DNA from: Camelus ferus
Taxonomy: Eukaryota
Assembly (NCBI RefSeq): GCF_009834535.1
Contig: NC_045715.1
Span: 19,530,001-19,594,000, forward strand
Length of the DNA stretch: 64,000 nt
Reading direction: 5' to 3'
The notes below the pieces were generated by a model. The model did no database searches and was not told the DNA's origin. It saw only the letters and a list, made by a program, of their open reading frames with translations. This document shows positions 13,701 to 25,804 of the stretch, one piece after another (the stretch's first letter is position 1; every line of letters starts with the position of its first letter). The translations under genes and the position numbers were made by a program.

Positions 13701-15169
13701 CTGTTCTTATCTAAAGTTATTCTTCCTTGACTCAGCATCCCACTTCTGTAGATTCTTAAGTGTGATAATACATGTTTCACAAACTAGAATAATCTAATGA
13801 AATACTCCAAATACACAATTTTATTAAATATATCTATATATATGTATGTTTGTAATCTGTATATAGTATTATATAGTATATATAATGCATATAGCTTTCA
13901 AGGCTAGATGAAAATAATTTACAAATATCACACATAAGACTCTAGTCCCAACAGTGAATTGTGTTCAGATATGAAAAATCTATACCATGATTCATGAATA
14001 GCAGTATCCTGTAGAAAAGCATGAGGTTACTTATAAAATTGAACAAAATTATTGAAAATGCTGCAATATAAACATCAAGTGGGAAAAAAAAGCTTGCATG
14101 TTACAAGATGAGGCACATTCTTAACAGTTATGTGACCTGAATTATTGTTCAATTTGGTTTAACTAGAACTCTGAAAGTGGAAGGACATTATAACAATGAT
14201 CTAGGATATTAGAATAAATAATTGAATGAAATGAGTGAGTAATTGATGGTGAACTGAATGAGTGAATTGAATAAATGGTTGCATGAATAGATAGAGTTGA
14301 TATTAACAAGCCTCCAGTTCTCCTTCATTCTGGAGTTAGTGGCTCTTAGAGAAAATAAAACACCCTCAAGGTTTCCTAAAGTGCCTTCCTTTTTTCAATA
14401 ATAATGACTCTACTTTACAGTTGAGTGGTGTTTTGTGTGCAGTTACCAATCTCTTTTTCCCTGGGGAGGGCTTAAACTTTGAAGAAAGTTTATCTCAATG
14501 TTCTTTGTTAAGCAGCCTGCCCCCAGGGTCCTCTTCCAGAAGTTAAATTGTGAAATTGTTAAAACCAAGAGGCAAAATTGAGATAGAAGCACCAGTGAGT
14601 GCCTAACAGAGCTGGGACCTCTGGAGACACCCTTGAAGATGTTTAGTGTGCAGACTCTGATAAATCATCTTGCTCTTCTGGGAAGATAGTTTTGAGGCAC
14701 TTAAACAATTATGTACTGACTGACTTTGTGAAAACATTTTAATCCAATTATCTGTAAGTTTTCTAATTCTAGTGACCTTAGTAGAACAAGACCTTGCTTG
14801 ATAACAGCTAATTTCTAAGGAGACAAGTTTTAATTGCTTGGAACCTGCAAAATGATGGCTTTAAGCAGCTGCTGCTTGACCAGTGTGAAATGAATGGATT
14901 GTTTCTTGATACAGGTCTTGGTGAGCATGTGTCTTTAGTACAGATTCATAATCACCATAATCTGGAGTCTTGGAGAGAAAATACCATAGGGGGCTCCAAA
15001 GTTATTCTAGTTACCTACTCTATATTAGTATATAGAATTAAAACTCCAAAATTTCAAATTCTTTGTTTTGTGGTGATGAGCTAGAATAATCTAATGAAAT
15101 ATTCCAAATGAACTGATCCAATTCCTCATTCTTTTTTACTTATTCCACGGAAACAATAATTCTTAGTGT

Positions 15170-15350
15170 ATTATATACATCAGTTAAGAACACAGCTTTT
15201 AGAATCAGATTGCTTGAGTTTGAACAATGGCCCACCAAGTTGTTAGATATGTGACTTAGGAAAGCTAGTTAACAATTCTGTGGCTCAATTTGTATCTGTA
15301 AAAAAAGATAGTGGCTGTTGTGAATATCTAATAGATTAACATATACTAAT
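15170..15350 (+). mobile_element. MIR fragment
   Basis: gttaagaacacagcttttagaatcagattgcttgagtttgaa...tgtgacttagg resembles the MIR core. Confidence 0.7.
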
Positions 15351-16120
15351 AAAATATATATATATACTAGTGACATTAAATAGTGTCACACATCAGCATA
15401 CAAGAGATGTTAGTTCTCATCATTTTGCCATTCAAATAGCAAAGTGCTGTTTTCTACAGTAATTTATTTCAAAACTTACCTTTGCATTTACGTTCTCAAA
15501 AATTATGTTCATTTTACAGAAAAAAATTGAAATTAAGGAATGACAGTCTTGACTTAGAGTTCACTGGTATTTAACAGTAATGTCCAGCTTCTGAGTTTGC
15601 AACCTGGTGGTGCTTCCACTACCTCCCAGCTGTTTCTACACCTGCAATTGCTGTTATAGTCAATCCCTTCCAATACTGACACAGTTGAAAACAGTGTGGA
15701 AAACTGAACCTGGGAGAGATAAGCCCTGACTCTTTTGTTTCACTGACTGTCAATCAAATTTCAAAACATAGGGTCTAGTTCCTAGATGATGGCATAAACG
15801 CACTCTGTTTCTTCCATAAATGTAGCCATAAAACCTGAACAGAATGCAAGAAGAACCTATCTGAGCAACCTGAAAAGTAAACATTAGCAGGTGGTTTGGG
15901 AAAGCATACTAGAATTCAAGTCATCACCAAATTGGCAGTGTTTACTACTTTTTCCCTCCAGTATCCCCTAGCCGGAGCTTAACACAGTCAGAAGCACAGA
16001 AGTGACACAGTTAATACCATCCACAGTCTGAGAGAGTTCTAGGAGATGCCTGCTGAAATTCTCTGGCTCAAGGAGCATGAAAAGGAATTCCTAATGCTCA
16101 GAATGAGGGATACCAAAATC

Positions 16121-16270
16121 TGTATCAGTCTAGCGTCTCTAGAAAACAGAACCAAGAGGATGTGTATCTATAGAGAGATTTATTTAAGAAACTGGTTCAT
16201 GTGATTATGAAGGCTGGTAAATCCAAAATCTGCAGGTTGGCTGGCAGGTTGGGGACCCAGGGAGAGCTGA
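16121..16270 (+). mobile_element. MLT2 (ERVL) LTR, 5' part
   Basis: tgtatcagtc...gaaaacagaacca...gagagatttattt...catgtgattatgaaggctgg. Confidence 0.8.
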
Positions 16271-16274
16271 ATAA

Positions 16275-16567
16275 CATTTGTCTTGCTGGAGGTTTACAGG
16301 AACACCATGACCTGACTTTCGTGGACAGCTACAGAACAAAAGATTCCGACCCTAAAAAGTTTGCAACACCCAGCCACACCCACTCCTTCTGAGTATAAAA
16401 GGAGCCTGAATTCTGGCTTGGGGAAGATGGTTCTCTAAGACATTAGTCTCCCATCTTCTCAGTGTGCTAGCTTCCTAAATAAAGTCATTATCCCATGCCC
16501 CAACACCTCGTCTCATAATGTATTGGCCTGTCATGCGGTGAGGAGAACGAGTCTGGACTCAGTAACA
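16275..16567 (+). mobile_element. ERV1-type LTR
   Basis: TATAAAA, AATAAA and a U5-like end tggcctgtcatgcggtgag...ggactcagtaaca. Confidence 0.7.
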
Positions 16568-16599
16568 GCAATACTGTGATTCTTTTACCACAGAAGTTA

Positions 16600-17310
16600 C
16601 ATCAAGTCAGTTCTTTGCTCAAATGCCCCAATATTATGCTGATCACCCAGAGTAAGTGCTGAAAACCTTCAGATGACCAACAGGACGTCCATTACAAGAC
16701 CACAGCCAGTTTTCTGTTCTCGTTTCCTGCCACTCTGTTCATTACCCACTGAGCTCCAGGCACGCTGGACATCATGCTTTTCCTCACAAGAAGCACACTT
16801 GGGAGGAGGGTATAGTTCAAATGGTAAAGCACATGCTTAGCGTGCATGAGTTCCTAGGTTCAGCCCCCAGTACCTCTAAAAATAAGTAGACCTAATTACC
16901 TACCCCCACCAAAAAATAAAGAAGCAGCAGCAGCAGCACTGTATACCAGTGCTCTTTCATGGGCTGTCATTTCTGTGAAAAAGTGCTATATTCTCATATA
17001 TCTACATGGCTAACCCCCCTACTTCCGACAGCATTCTGCTCAAATGTCATTTCTTAAAGAGGCTGTCATTGACCCAACCTTACAAAAGAGGGCCTACCAT
17101 GGCAGCTGATTATTCCTTACATTCCGTGTGTTTTACCTTCTGGAAGAGACATGCATTTACTTGTTGATCTTTTCATTGCCCACCTTCTCAACTGAAAAAG
17201 ATCCATGTCCTTATGTCATGAATTCATGGATCTGTTCCACTGTATTATCCTCTGCAAATTGAACACTGCTTGCTGAAGAAAATATTCAAGAAAATGAATG
17301 ATTAAATGAA
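16600..17310 (+). mobile_element. L2 3' fragment interrupted by a SINE
   Basis: L2-like text ending aaaaatattcaagaaaatgaatgattaaatgaa. Confidence 0.6.
16801..16920 (+). mobile_element. tRNA-derived SINE (vic-1-like)
   Basis: Same head, B box and cctaattacc tail as the other copies. Confidence 0.85.
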
Positions 17311-17394
17311 GAGTAATTGGAATCATATATGTGAAGAACATAGCTACAAATGGTACAAATTTCTCAAAGGAAAACAGAATTCAATAAATGTATC

Positions 17395-17625
17395 AACAGA
17401 CTACTATAATATAAAATAGATAAACAACAAGGACCTCCTGTATAGCGCAGGCAACTATATTCAACTTCTTGTAATAAGCTATCATGGAAAAGAATCTAAT
17501 ATATATATATGTATATATGTATACACAAAATATATATATATACACACAACTAAATCACTTTGCTGTATAGCTGAAACTAACATTGTAAATCAACTATACT
17601 TCAATAAAAAATAAAATTTAAAAAA
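17395..17625 (+). mobile_element. Cetartiodactyl-type L1 3' tip
   Basis: aacaaggacctcctgtatagc...aactatattcaa...ctgaaactaac...attgtaaatcaactatacttcaataaaaaa. Confidence 0.88.
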
Positions 17626-17893
17626 TAGTACAATTGAGCAATACAGATGATTTTATATTTATCTTTAGGCTTATTTTACCCTTGGATCAATAAAGAATTT
17701 AATATATCCACCACTTAATGCAGCTTTTAAGAAAATAAAGGTCATAGAGAAAATCTATGACCTTATAAAAAAATGTATCCAGTTTATTATAGAGGAGAAA
17801 ATAAATGTCATAAAAAGAACATGCAATTTTCTTTCTTTTTTTTTCCTTTGAACATGCAGTTTTTATTTCTTCTAGTGTTGCCAATGATTTTCT

Positions 17894-18831
17894 CTAGGCA
17901 GACAGCTTCAGTTTTCTCCCAGAGACTCTCCTCAGAGCCATCGTCACTTCCTTATTCCTAAGGGTGTATATCAGTGGATTCAGCACTGAAGTGGCAGTGG
18001 TGTTTATGACAGCCACGTACCGCCCCTGTGTGACAGAGGTGGGAGAGGCAGGGGGAATGTAGGTGAGCCCCACGGTTCCATAAAACAGAGATACCACCAT
18101 GAAATGGGAGGCACAAGTGGAAAGAGCCTTGTGGAGCCCACGCAGGTCCGGTTCTTGAACAGAAGAAAGCCAATGATATAGAAGTAGGAGAGGAGAATGA
18201 GGAAGCATGTTGCCATAGCTAAGCCGGCAGTGACAATAAAAATGAGCCACTGATTGAGCCGTATGTCACCACAAGCCAACTCTAAGAGGGGCTTCACGTC
18301 GCAGAAGAAGTAGTTGGGTTTCAGAGAGCGGCAAAAGTTCAGGTGTGCTGTCATGACGGAATGCATCAGAGCATAGAAGAAGCTGGTGATCCAGGCCACA
18401 GCTGCCAAGAGAATACACACCTGGGGGTTCATGATGACGGTGTAGCGAAGTGGGTAACAGATGGCCACAAATCAGTCAAAGCCCATAATGGCCAGCAAGA
18501 TGGACTCCGTGCAGCCCAGAAAGTGGAAGAAGTGTAGCTGAGTGATGCAGCCGAGGAAGGATATGGTCTTGCGAGTGGAGAGGAGGTTTGCCATGAGTAT
18601 GTGCAGTGTCACTGAAGAGTAACAGATATCCAGACAAGAAAGATTTCCCAGGAAAAAATACATAGGGGAGTAGAGTCTTGGCTCTGAGATGACAATCACT
18701 AATATGGACGCATTTCCAAACAGATCTATCATGTATATAATCAAGAAGGTCATAAAGATTATAGGTTGCAGCTCCTGAATGGAGGTCAGTTCCAGCAAAA
18801 TAAACTCATTCACTGTAGTGACGTTCTCCAT
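17894..18831 (-). pseudogene. OR12D3-like paralogue, pseudogene
   Basis: Starts MENVTTVNEF like the gene at 25805-26755. In-frame TGA at 18472-18474 replaces the Arg of the DR(F) motif. A 1-nt deletion near 18140 (KNRTC-xx-LHKALSTC) shifts the frame. Ends [12 protein letters not shown]...KLSA*. Confidence 0.9.
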
Positions 18832-19677
18832 TGCTTTGAGACGGAATAATGACAGTGACAATTAGTAAAACGGTCCTAGTATAGGGCATGGGGTAAATGA
18901 AGCAAGTTCATCACCTAGAAGTGTATAAGGATGATCTGTGGTGAGCAAAATGATTAGAAATGCTAGAGTTAAATTCATCTGCAACATAATTAAGGAAACA
19001 GAAATATATGTGGTCAATTCCGACTCGGTGTGATATATGTGATACGTAGAACTAAGAAGCATAGTCAGAATGATGAGTTAAACCTGTAAAGTAACTCATA
19101 CAGAATAAAGGCAGACATTCAGTAACTATAGTAAGAGAACAGAACTCAATTTAAGCCTCACTGTAACATCAAAATTAGTGTATATAACAAGAATCTTGTG
19201 AGATGTATTTGTAAACATTTAAATATTTTTAAATGGACACAATGGACACACTTCTCACTTCCGGGTACTGGTAGAAACTCAGCAATGGTCCTAAATCTCC
19301 TCTAAAAAAAGAATAATTTCCTCACAAATTAAACCTTCATGAAACTAGAGGGTTGGTTTTTGTTTTTTTTTTTTTAATTCATAAACTTCAAATAATGTGT
19401 AGGAAGAGGGAATACAAATCAGCAGAACTGGCGTCAACAGTCACAAGAGGGCGCCACAGCAGCAGGGCTGTTCATGCAGGATGGAAAAACCCAAGCTACA
19501 AAAAAGTTTTAGTAGCAAGAGAACATTGGAAGCAGCAGAAAAGAATCAGTCCCAGAAAGAGACTGCTTCACAGAAAGAATGAATTTCTTGGGAATATCAG
19601 AAAGAGCAAGTCAGTGTGCATGTAATGACGGTGTGAAGAGAAAAGCAGGTTACTACAAAGGCATAAAAGAGTTAACA

Positions 19678-19810
19678 GGGGAGGGGAGAGGTGGGTATAG
19701 CTCAGGGGTAGCGCGCATGCCTAGCATGCATTAGGTCTTGGGCAGTACCTCCATTAAATAAATAAATTTAATTAACTCCCCCCAAAATAATGAACAAACC
19801 AAAAAAAGGG
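19678..19810 (+). mobile_element. tRNA-derived SINE (vic-1-like), internally deleted
   Basis: gggtatagctcaggggtag...tagcatgcat...cagtacctccattaaataaa; the B-box region is partly missing. Confidence 0.8.
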
Positions 19811-20829
19811 GATAATAAAAGAAGGAACCCAAGAGCCAAGAATCTAGGAAAAGTTTCTTATTCCCTTTCGCATACAAACCGCCCAGTATATAGAAAAATT
19901 TCTGTATCCACATGAAAGTAAACTAAGAAAAAAAAACCCAAAAATAGAAAACTGTGATTTTGCAACAGAATATATCTCACCTGAAAAAAGTGTCTGCGGT
20001 TAATCAGAAAAGCATTCCTAATTGAAGCAACTAAAACAATGACAGAATTTTTTAATGAGGAAAAAATAAAGTATTCAAAACCGAAAATCAAATTAAAATA
20101 CAATGAGATGCTTTTTTTGACAAAGTCAAAATGTTTATCAAGGGTGGTAAACACAGGTGGGGATGTCAGTTGATGGAACCACTAACAGACATTTTAGTAG
20201 TCAAATATAAAAATCTCAGACTCTAAGTTAGCAATTCTGCTTCATAGATTGTGCTTCAGATGTGTTTGCAAACGTCAAATATTATATATTTAGGATGATA
20301 TTTATTTAAGCATTGCCATACAAAAGATTGCCATACAAAAGATTGCAAACAAACTCAGTGACCACAGGGGGCTAGCTAAATAATTTTCAGCACATAGGAA
20401 ATGTTAAAATAAACAAGGCAGCTCTTTATATACTGTACTTAGTCACTTGCACCAAAAATCGTCACAAAGACACAGGTAGAAATGCATATATTCACCTATC
20501 CCTACTTTAAACAAAAGTTGGATGATTAAACAGATTAGGAACTGCAAAGCTTTTCCAGCTAAGCACTTGTGCCATAAGCCCCCTTGCTCCATCCTGTAAT
20601 TTTGACAACTTAAATTCAAAGAGATTTCCCAGTTTCTCTCACTCATCCTTTCTAATGGTCTCAACTCATTCTATCAAAAAACAAAACAATACAAAGCAAA
20701 AAACTCCCTCCAATTTAATCTCTTTTGTTCTACCTACAGACTGTATCAATTCACCCTACCCTGTGCTTCCTTGTATACACACCTCGGAATAAATATATAT
20801 ATTTTTGGAATTCCAAGAATCGGGGCTAT

Positions 20830-21070
20830 AATGTATTGATTGTCTCTTTGAATAAAATTAACAAAACGATTTTGACTGCTCAAAGTCTCATATGACAAAC
20901 ATTGTATATCTAAGTGTAAGAATAAGTCACAGAAGATTTGGCCTTCATTCCTATTTTAACCATAAAATAAACAAGCTGAATCCCCTCTGACTCTCCCAGG
21001 AGATGCCCCAAGCATAAATGTCTTGGGATATTTTCTCAAAGGGTTATTCTTCCTATTTTTCTCTTTGAAA
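20830..21070 (-). promoter_or_regulatory. Candidate OR12D promoter module, pseudogene copy
   Basis: Homologous to 31150-31400; contains O/E(EBF)-like sites (tcccagga, tcttggga) and a homeodomain-like cataaatg. Confidence 0.5.
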
Positions 21071-21563
21071 AAATAATTATTTTCATTTCTTCAGTGTGCT
21101 TATGAGAATGTTTTGCTACCTTTAACAAGAAACAATGGTATGCAGAGCCAGTGTTTTTCACAAAAAGACTAAACAAAAGAATAAATATAATAATTTTAAA
21201 AAGATACAGCGCCTGTCGTTGGAAACTCTAAAGCTAGTAGATATAAAGTGTGCCATTATTTAGAGGAATATATTAAGAAGTTAAAAGATGATAAAGTTTA
21301 AACTGAATCATTTCAGCAAGAGAAGGTGAATGATTTAACTTGAGAAATGTCAGAGGAAAAGAAAATGACAACAAAATAAAAATTTTATAGCCACCAAAAT
21401 GAAAGCTATGTTACCTTCTTAGACTCAAAATTGATCCTGTCTATGAATGGAAGAGAAGCTGACAGATTTCTCTTAAAATCTGCCTTAGCCAAAAACATTC
21501 TTTGCACACAGGCCATGCTAATCTTCTCTAGGTTTCTCTTTTTGATATTTAAAATATATGTAT

Positions 21564-21640
21564 GGGGAGGGTATAGCTCAGTGGCAGAGTGCCTGCTTAG
21601 CATGCATGATGTCCTGGGTCAGTCCCCAGTATCTCCATCA

Positions 21641-21703
<63 letters not shown>

Positions 21704-21752
21704 GTAAATAAACCTAACCCCCCTCCCCACCAAATACGAACAAAACAAAAAT
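21564..21752 (+). mobile_element. tRNA-derived SINE with expanded (TAAA)n
   Basis: ggggagggtatagctcagtggcagag head, long (TAAA)n at about 21648-21712. TSD tttaaaatatatg at 21548-21560 and 21757-21769. Confidence 0.9.
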
Positions 21753-21774
21753 TAGCTTTAAAATATATGCAATA

Positions 21775-23345
21775 TATAATTTTTGTGGAGGTGTAATTGG
21801 TATATGACATTGTATTACTTTTATGTGTACAAGATAATGATTTGCTGTCTGTAAATATTGCAAAATGATTACCATGATAAATTTAGTTAACTACCATCAC
21901 CACACATAGCTTTCTTTATCTTGTGATAAGAATTTTTAAGATTTATTCTCTTACTGACTTTCAAATATGCAATATAAACTATAGTCTCCATGCTGTACAT
22001 CACAACCCAGGAATTAGTTGTAGCTGGAAGTTTGTATCTTTTGACCTCCTTCATTTGTTTCTCCCACCCAACTCACTGCCTCTGGCAACCGCCAATTTGT
22101 TCTCTTTACCTATAAGTTGTTGTTGTTGTTGTTTTAGATTTCACATACAAGTAAGATCATACAGTAACTATGTTTGCCTAACTTATTTCACTTAACATAA
22201 TGCCCTCAAGCTTCATCCACAATGTCACAAATGGCAGGATTTTCTTCTTTTTTCTGGCTGAGTAATATTCCATTTTCTATCTTTCTATCTATCTTCACAT
22301 TTTATTTATCTAGTCATCTGTGGATGAACACTCAAGTTTTTTCTATGTCTTGGCTATTATAAATAATGCTACTATAAGCATGGGGACACAGATATCTTTT
22401 TAAGATAGTGATTTAGTTTCTTTTGTATAAATACCCAGCAGTGAAATTGTTGAATCATCTGGTAGTTCTATTTTTAATTATTGAGGAACCTCCTTTCTGT
22501 TTTTGATAGTCAGCTGAACCNNNNNNNNNNNNNNNNNNNNNNNNNNNNNNNNNNNNNNNNNNNNNNNNNNNNNNNNNNNNNNNNNNNNNNNNNNNNNNNN
22601 NNNNNNNNNNNNNNNNNNNNNNNNNNNNNNNNNNNNNNNNNNNNNNNNNNNNNNNNNNNNNNNNNNNNNNNNNNNNNNNNNNNNNNNNNNNNNNTATCTG
22701 TTGGCTATTTGTATGTTTTCTTTGGAAAACTGTGTTTTCAGATCCTCTGCTCATTTTTAATTTGGATTTTTAAATTTTATTTTAGTGAGTTGTATTTATT
22801 CTTTATATGCTTGGATANNNNNNNNNNNNNNNNNNNNNNNNNNNNNNNNNNNNNNNNNNNNNNNNNNNNNNNNNNNNNNNNNNNNNNNNNNNNNNNNNNN
22901 NNNNNNNNNNNNNNNNNNNNNNNNNNNNNNNNNNNNNNNNNNNNNNNNNNNNNNNNNNNNNNNNNNNNNNNNNNNNAATGCCAAGGCTGATGTCAAAGTG
23001 CTTACCATCTATGTTTTCTTCTAGGAGTTTTATGGTTTCATGTCTTCTGCTTAAGTCTTTATTCTGATTTGATTTCTTTGTATGCGCTAAGATAGCGAAG
23101 CAGTTTCATTCTTTTGCGTATAGCTGTCCAGTTTTCCAAACACCATTTATTTAAGAAACTATCTTTTCTCCATATATATATGTGCCTCCTTTGTTATAAA
23201 TTAATTGACTATATATCTGTGGGTTTATTTCTGGATTCTCTATTCTAGTCCATTCATCTATGTGTCTGTGTTTATGCTAGTACAATACTGTTTTGATTTC
23301 TCTAGCTTTGTAATATAATTTGAAATAAAGACGTTTGATGCCTCC
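21775..23345 (-). mobile_element. L1MA-type element (3' UTR plus ORF2 C-terminus) with two N runs
   Basis: Continuous L1 antisense text from aggtgtaattggtatatgac through ctttgtaatataatttgaaat...gatgcctcca. Confidence 0.85.
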
Positions 23346-23349
23346 AACA

Positions 23350-23480
23350 TAACCTTCCTGTGCCTCAGTTTCTTAATCCAAAATTGCAATAATAAGTGCT
23401 ACCTCATTTGGTTGTTGTAAAAATTAAATGATTTAATATTTACAAAGTGCTTTAGAAATATACCAGACATATATTTGTCA
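23350..23480 (+). mobile_element. MIR fragment
   Basis: ctgtgcctcagtttc...aataataagtgctacctca...ttgttgt...attaaatga. Confidence 0.7.
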
Positions 23481-23906
23481 TTATATGTGTTTTTTAAATA
23501 AATAAGTATTTTATTAATTATAGAGAAAAGAAGTATTTACACGACAAATTGACACTGATGCCATGTAGCTCTGCAAATCACCATGCTAAAAATCTTTCAG
23601 TTGAAAACCACAGTTGATTTAAATCCACATGGTATGTAAAAAGATTTTATCTTCTCTCCTGCCTCAACTTTTTTAATGAATCAAGCTGTGAGTTAACAAT
23701 ATGTTGACTTTGTGCATATCCTAATTTTCCCTCTGCCTTTTCCTTTATTTTCAATGATCCCTAGCTTCCTGGCTTGTCATCCTCCAGGACACTGTTTTCT
23801 GGGTCTCAACTTTTCCTGGGTCCAACAACCATGGATCAGTTCATTCTCACATTAAGCAAAGCTTCTTTGTCCTCAAAATGTGTTAACTTCCTGGCCTATT
23901 GATATT

Positions 23907-24367
23907 TGTATTATTCACAGATCTTCAGAAAAGTGGACCCAATAGTCTGTCTAGCTAGCTAGCTAGCTATCATCTATCACTTTTTATTGTAAGAATTTGC
24001 TCATACAATGCTGGAGGCCACTAAGTTCCATGATCTGTCATCTGCAAGCTGGAGAACCAAGAAAGACAGTGATGTAATTCAATTTGAGTTCAAAGGCCCA
24101 AGGTCCAAGATCATCAATGTTCAAGAGCAGGAGAAGATAAATGTTCCAGCCCAAGCAGAGAGTAAATTCATTTTCCCTCACCTTTTTGTTCTATTTAGGA
24201 CCACGATAGATTGAACAATGCCCATCCACTTGGTGAGGATAATCTTCTTTACTCAATCTATAGATTCAAATGCTAATTTCTTTCAGAAACACACTGACAG
24301 TTGCACCCAGAAAGAATATTTTATCAGCTATTGGAGCAGTCAAGTTGACATAAAATTAACCATCACA
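23907..24367 (+). mobile_element. MLT2 (ERVL) solo LTR
   Basis: TG...CA element with gcaagctggagaacca, caaatgctaat and the terminal gttgacataaaattaaccatcaca. Confidence 0.85.
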
Positions 24368-24409
24368 GTGATCCAAAATGTGCAGAGTATTGCCAACCAA
24401 AGGAAGCTC

Positions 24410-24750
24410 ATTTGAGCTTTGTTGTTCAGAAGTTTAATTACATAGGGATGATTGATGGAACCATTGGCCATATAGCTGAACTCAGTCTCCAGCCTCCCTT
24501 CTCCCTGGGAGGTCATGACTCAAAGCCCCAAACCTCTAATCATACAGTTGGTTTTTCTAGCATGACCAGCCTCATCCTGAAGCTATCTTGGGGCCCACCA
24601 CACATCACCTTATGAGCATAAACAAAGGTGTGATTGTAGAAGCTCATGAATAACAAAGACACTTCTATAACTTGGAAGATTCCAAGAATTTTAGAAGCAC
24701 AATGCCAGAAAGCCAGGACAAAGAACAGATAAATTATGTATCATATAGTT
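24410..24750 (-). mobile_element. MER21-like LTR fragment
   Basis: gaataacaaagacact...gattccaagaattttagaagc...ccaggacaaaga resembles the antisense of MER21 as recalled. Confidence 0.6.
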
Positions 24751-25084
24751 TAACCTCCTTATCTCCTTTTAGTTCTCCATGGCACTTATTACCCTTGCAT
24801 ATGTACTTATGAACTTGTTTATTGTGTGTCCCCTATCACACTAAACTTTCAGCTTTATGAAATTGTGGAATTTCTTTTGCTCACTTCTGTGTTTCCTGCA
24901 CCTACTATGCTGCCTTACACAATAGATGTTCGATGACTATCTCTTAAATAAATGACTAGATGAATAAAAAAGGAACAAATAGTGATTCTGCACAAATGAG
25001 TGCAAAACCTAGCTATAACTTCCTGAGGGGAGAACAGAAATCAAGTAGACTATCCATTTATTACAATGAGGGGATACAAATCTT

Positions 25085-25762
25085 TTTTTTTTTTACTTTT
25101 TTTTATTAAGTTATAGTCATTTTACAATGTTGTGTCAAATTCCAGTGTAGAGCACAATTTTTCAGTTATACATGAACATACATATATTCATTGTCACTTT
25201 TTTTTCACTGTGAGCTACCACAAGATCTTGTATATATTTCCCTGTGCTATACAGTATAATCTTTTTTATATTCTACATTTTGAAATCCCAGTCTGTCCCT
25301 TCCCACCACCTGTCCCCTTGGTAACCACAAGTTTATATTCTATGTCTATGAGTCTGTTTCTGTTTTGTATTTATGTTCTTTTTTTTAAGAATCCACATAT
25401 GAGCGATCTCATATGGTATTTTTCTTTCTCTTTCTGGCTTACTTCACTTAGAATGACATTCTCCAGGAACATCCATGTTGCTGTAAATNNNNNNNNNNNN
25501 NNNNNNNNNNNNNNNNNNNNNNNNNNNNNNNNNNNNNNNNNNNNNNNNNNNNNNNNNNNNNNNNNNNNNNNNNNNNNNNNNNNNNNNNNNNNNNNNNNNN
25601 NNNNNNNNNNNNNNNNNNNNNNNNNNNNNNNNNNNNNNNNNNNNTTTTGAAGTAGGCTTCCTTCTGGATATATGCCCAGGAGCAGGATTCCTGGGTCATA
25701 TGGTAAATCTATTCCTAGTCTTTTGAGGAATCTCCATACTATTTTCCACAGTGGTTGCTGAA
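25085..25762 (-). mobile_element. Young 5'-truncated L1 with 14-bp TSD
   Basis: Poly(T) at 25083-25104. TSD gggatacaaatctt at 25071-25084 and 25763-25776. Confidence 0.95.
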
Positions 25763-25804
25763 GGGATACAAATCTTAATGGAAATAAGGTATGTCTCATT
25801 AGTA

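Noticed and set aside
23666-23679. AACTTTTTTAATGA as the H/P-element 13-mer enhancer motif
   Set aside because: It has one extra T, occurs once, has no adjacent O/E site, and such matches are expected in AT-rich DNA.
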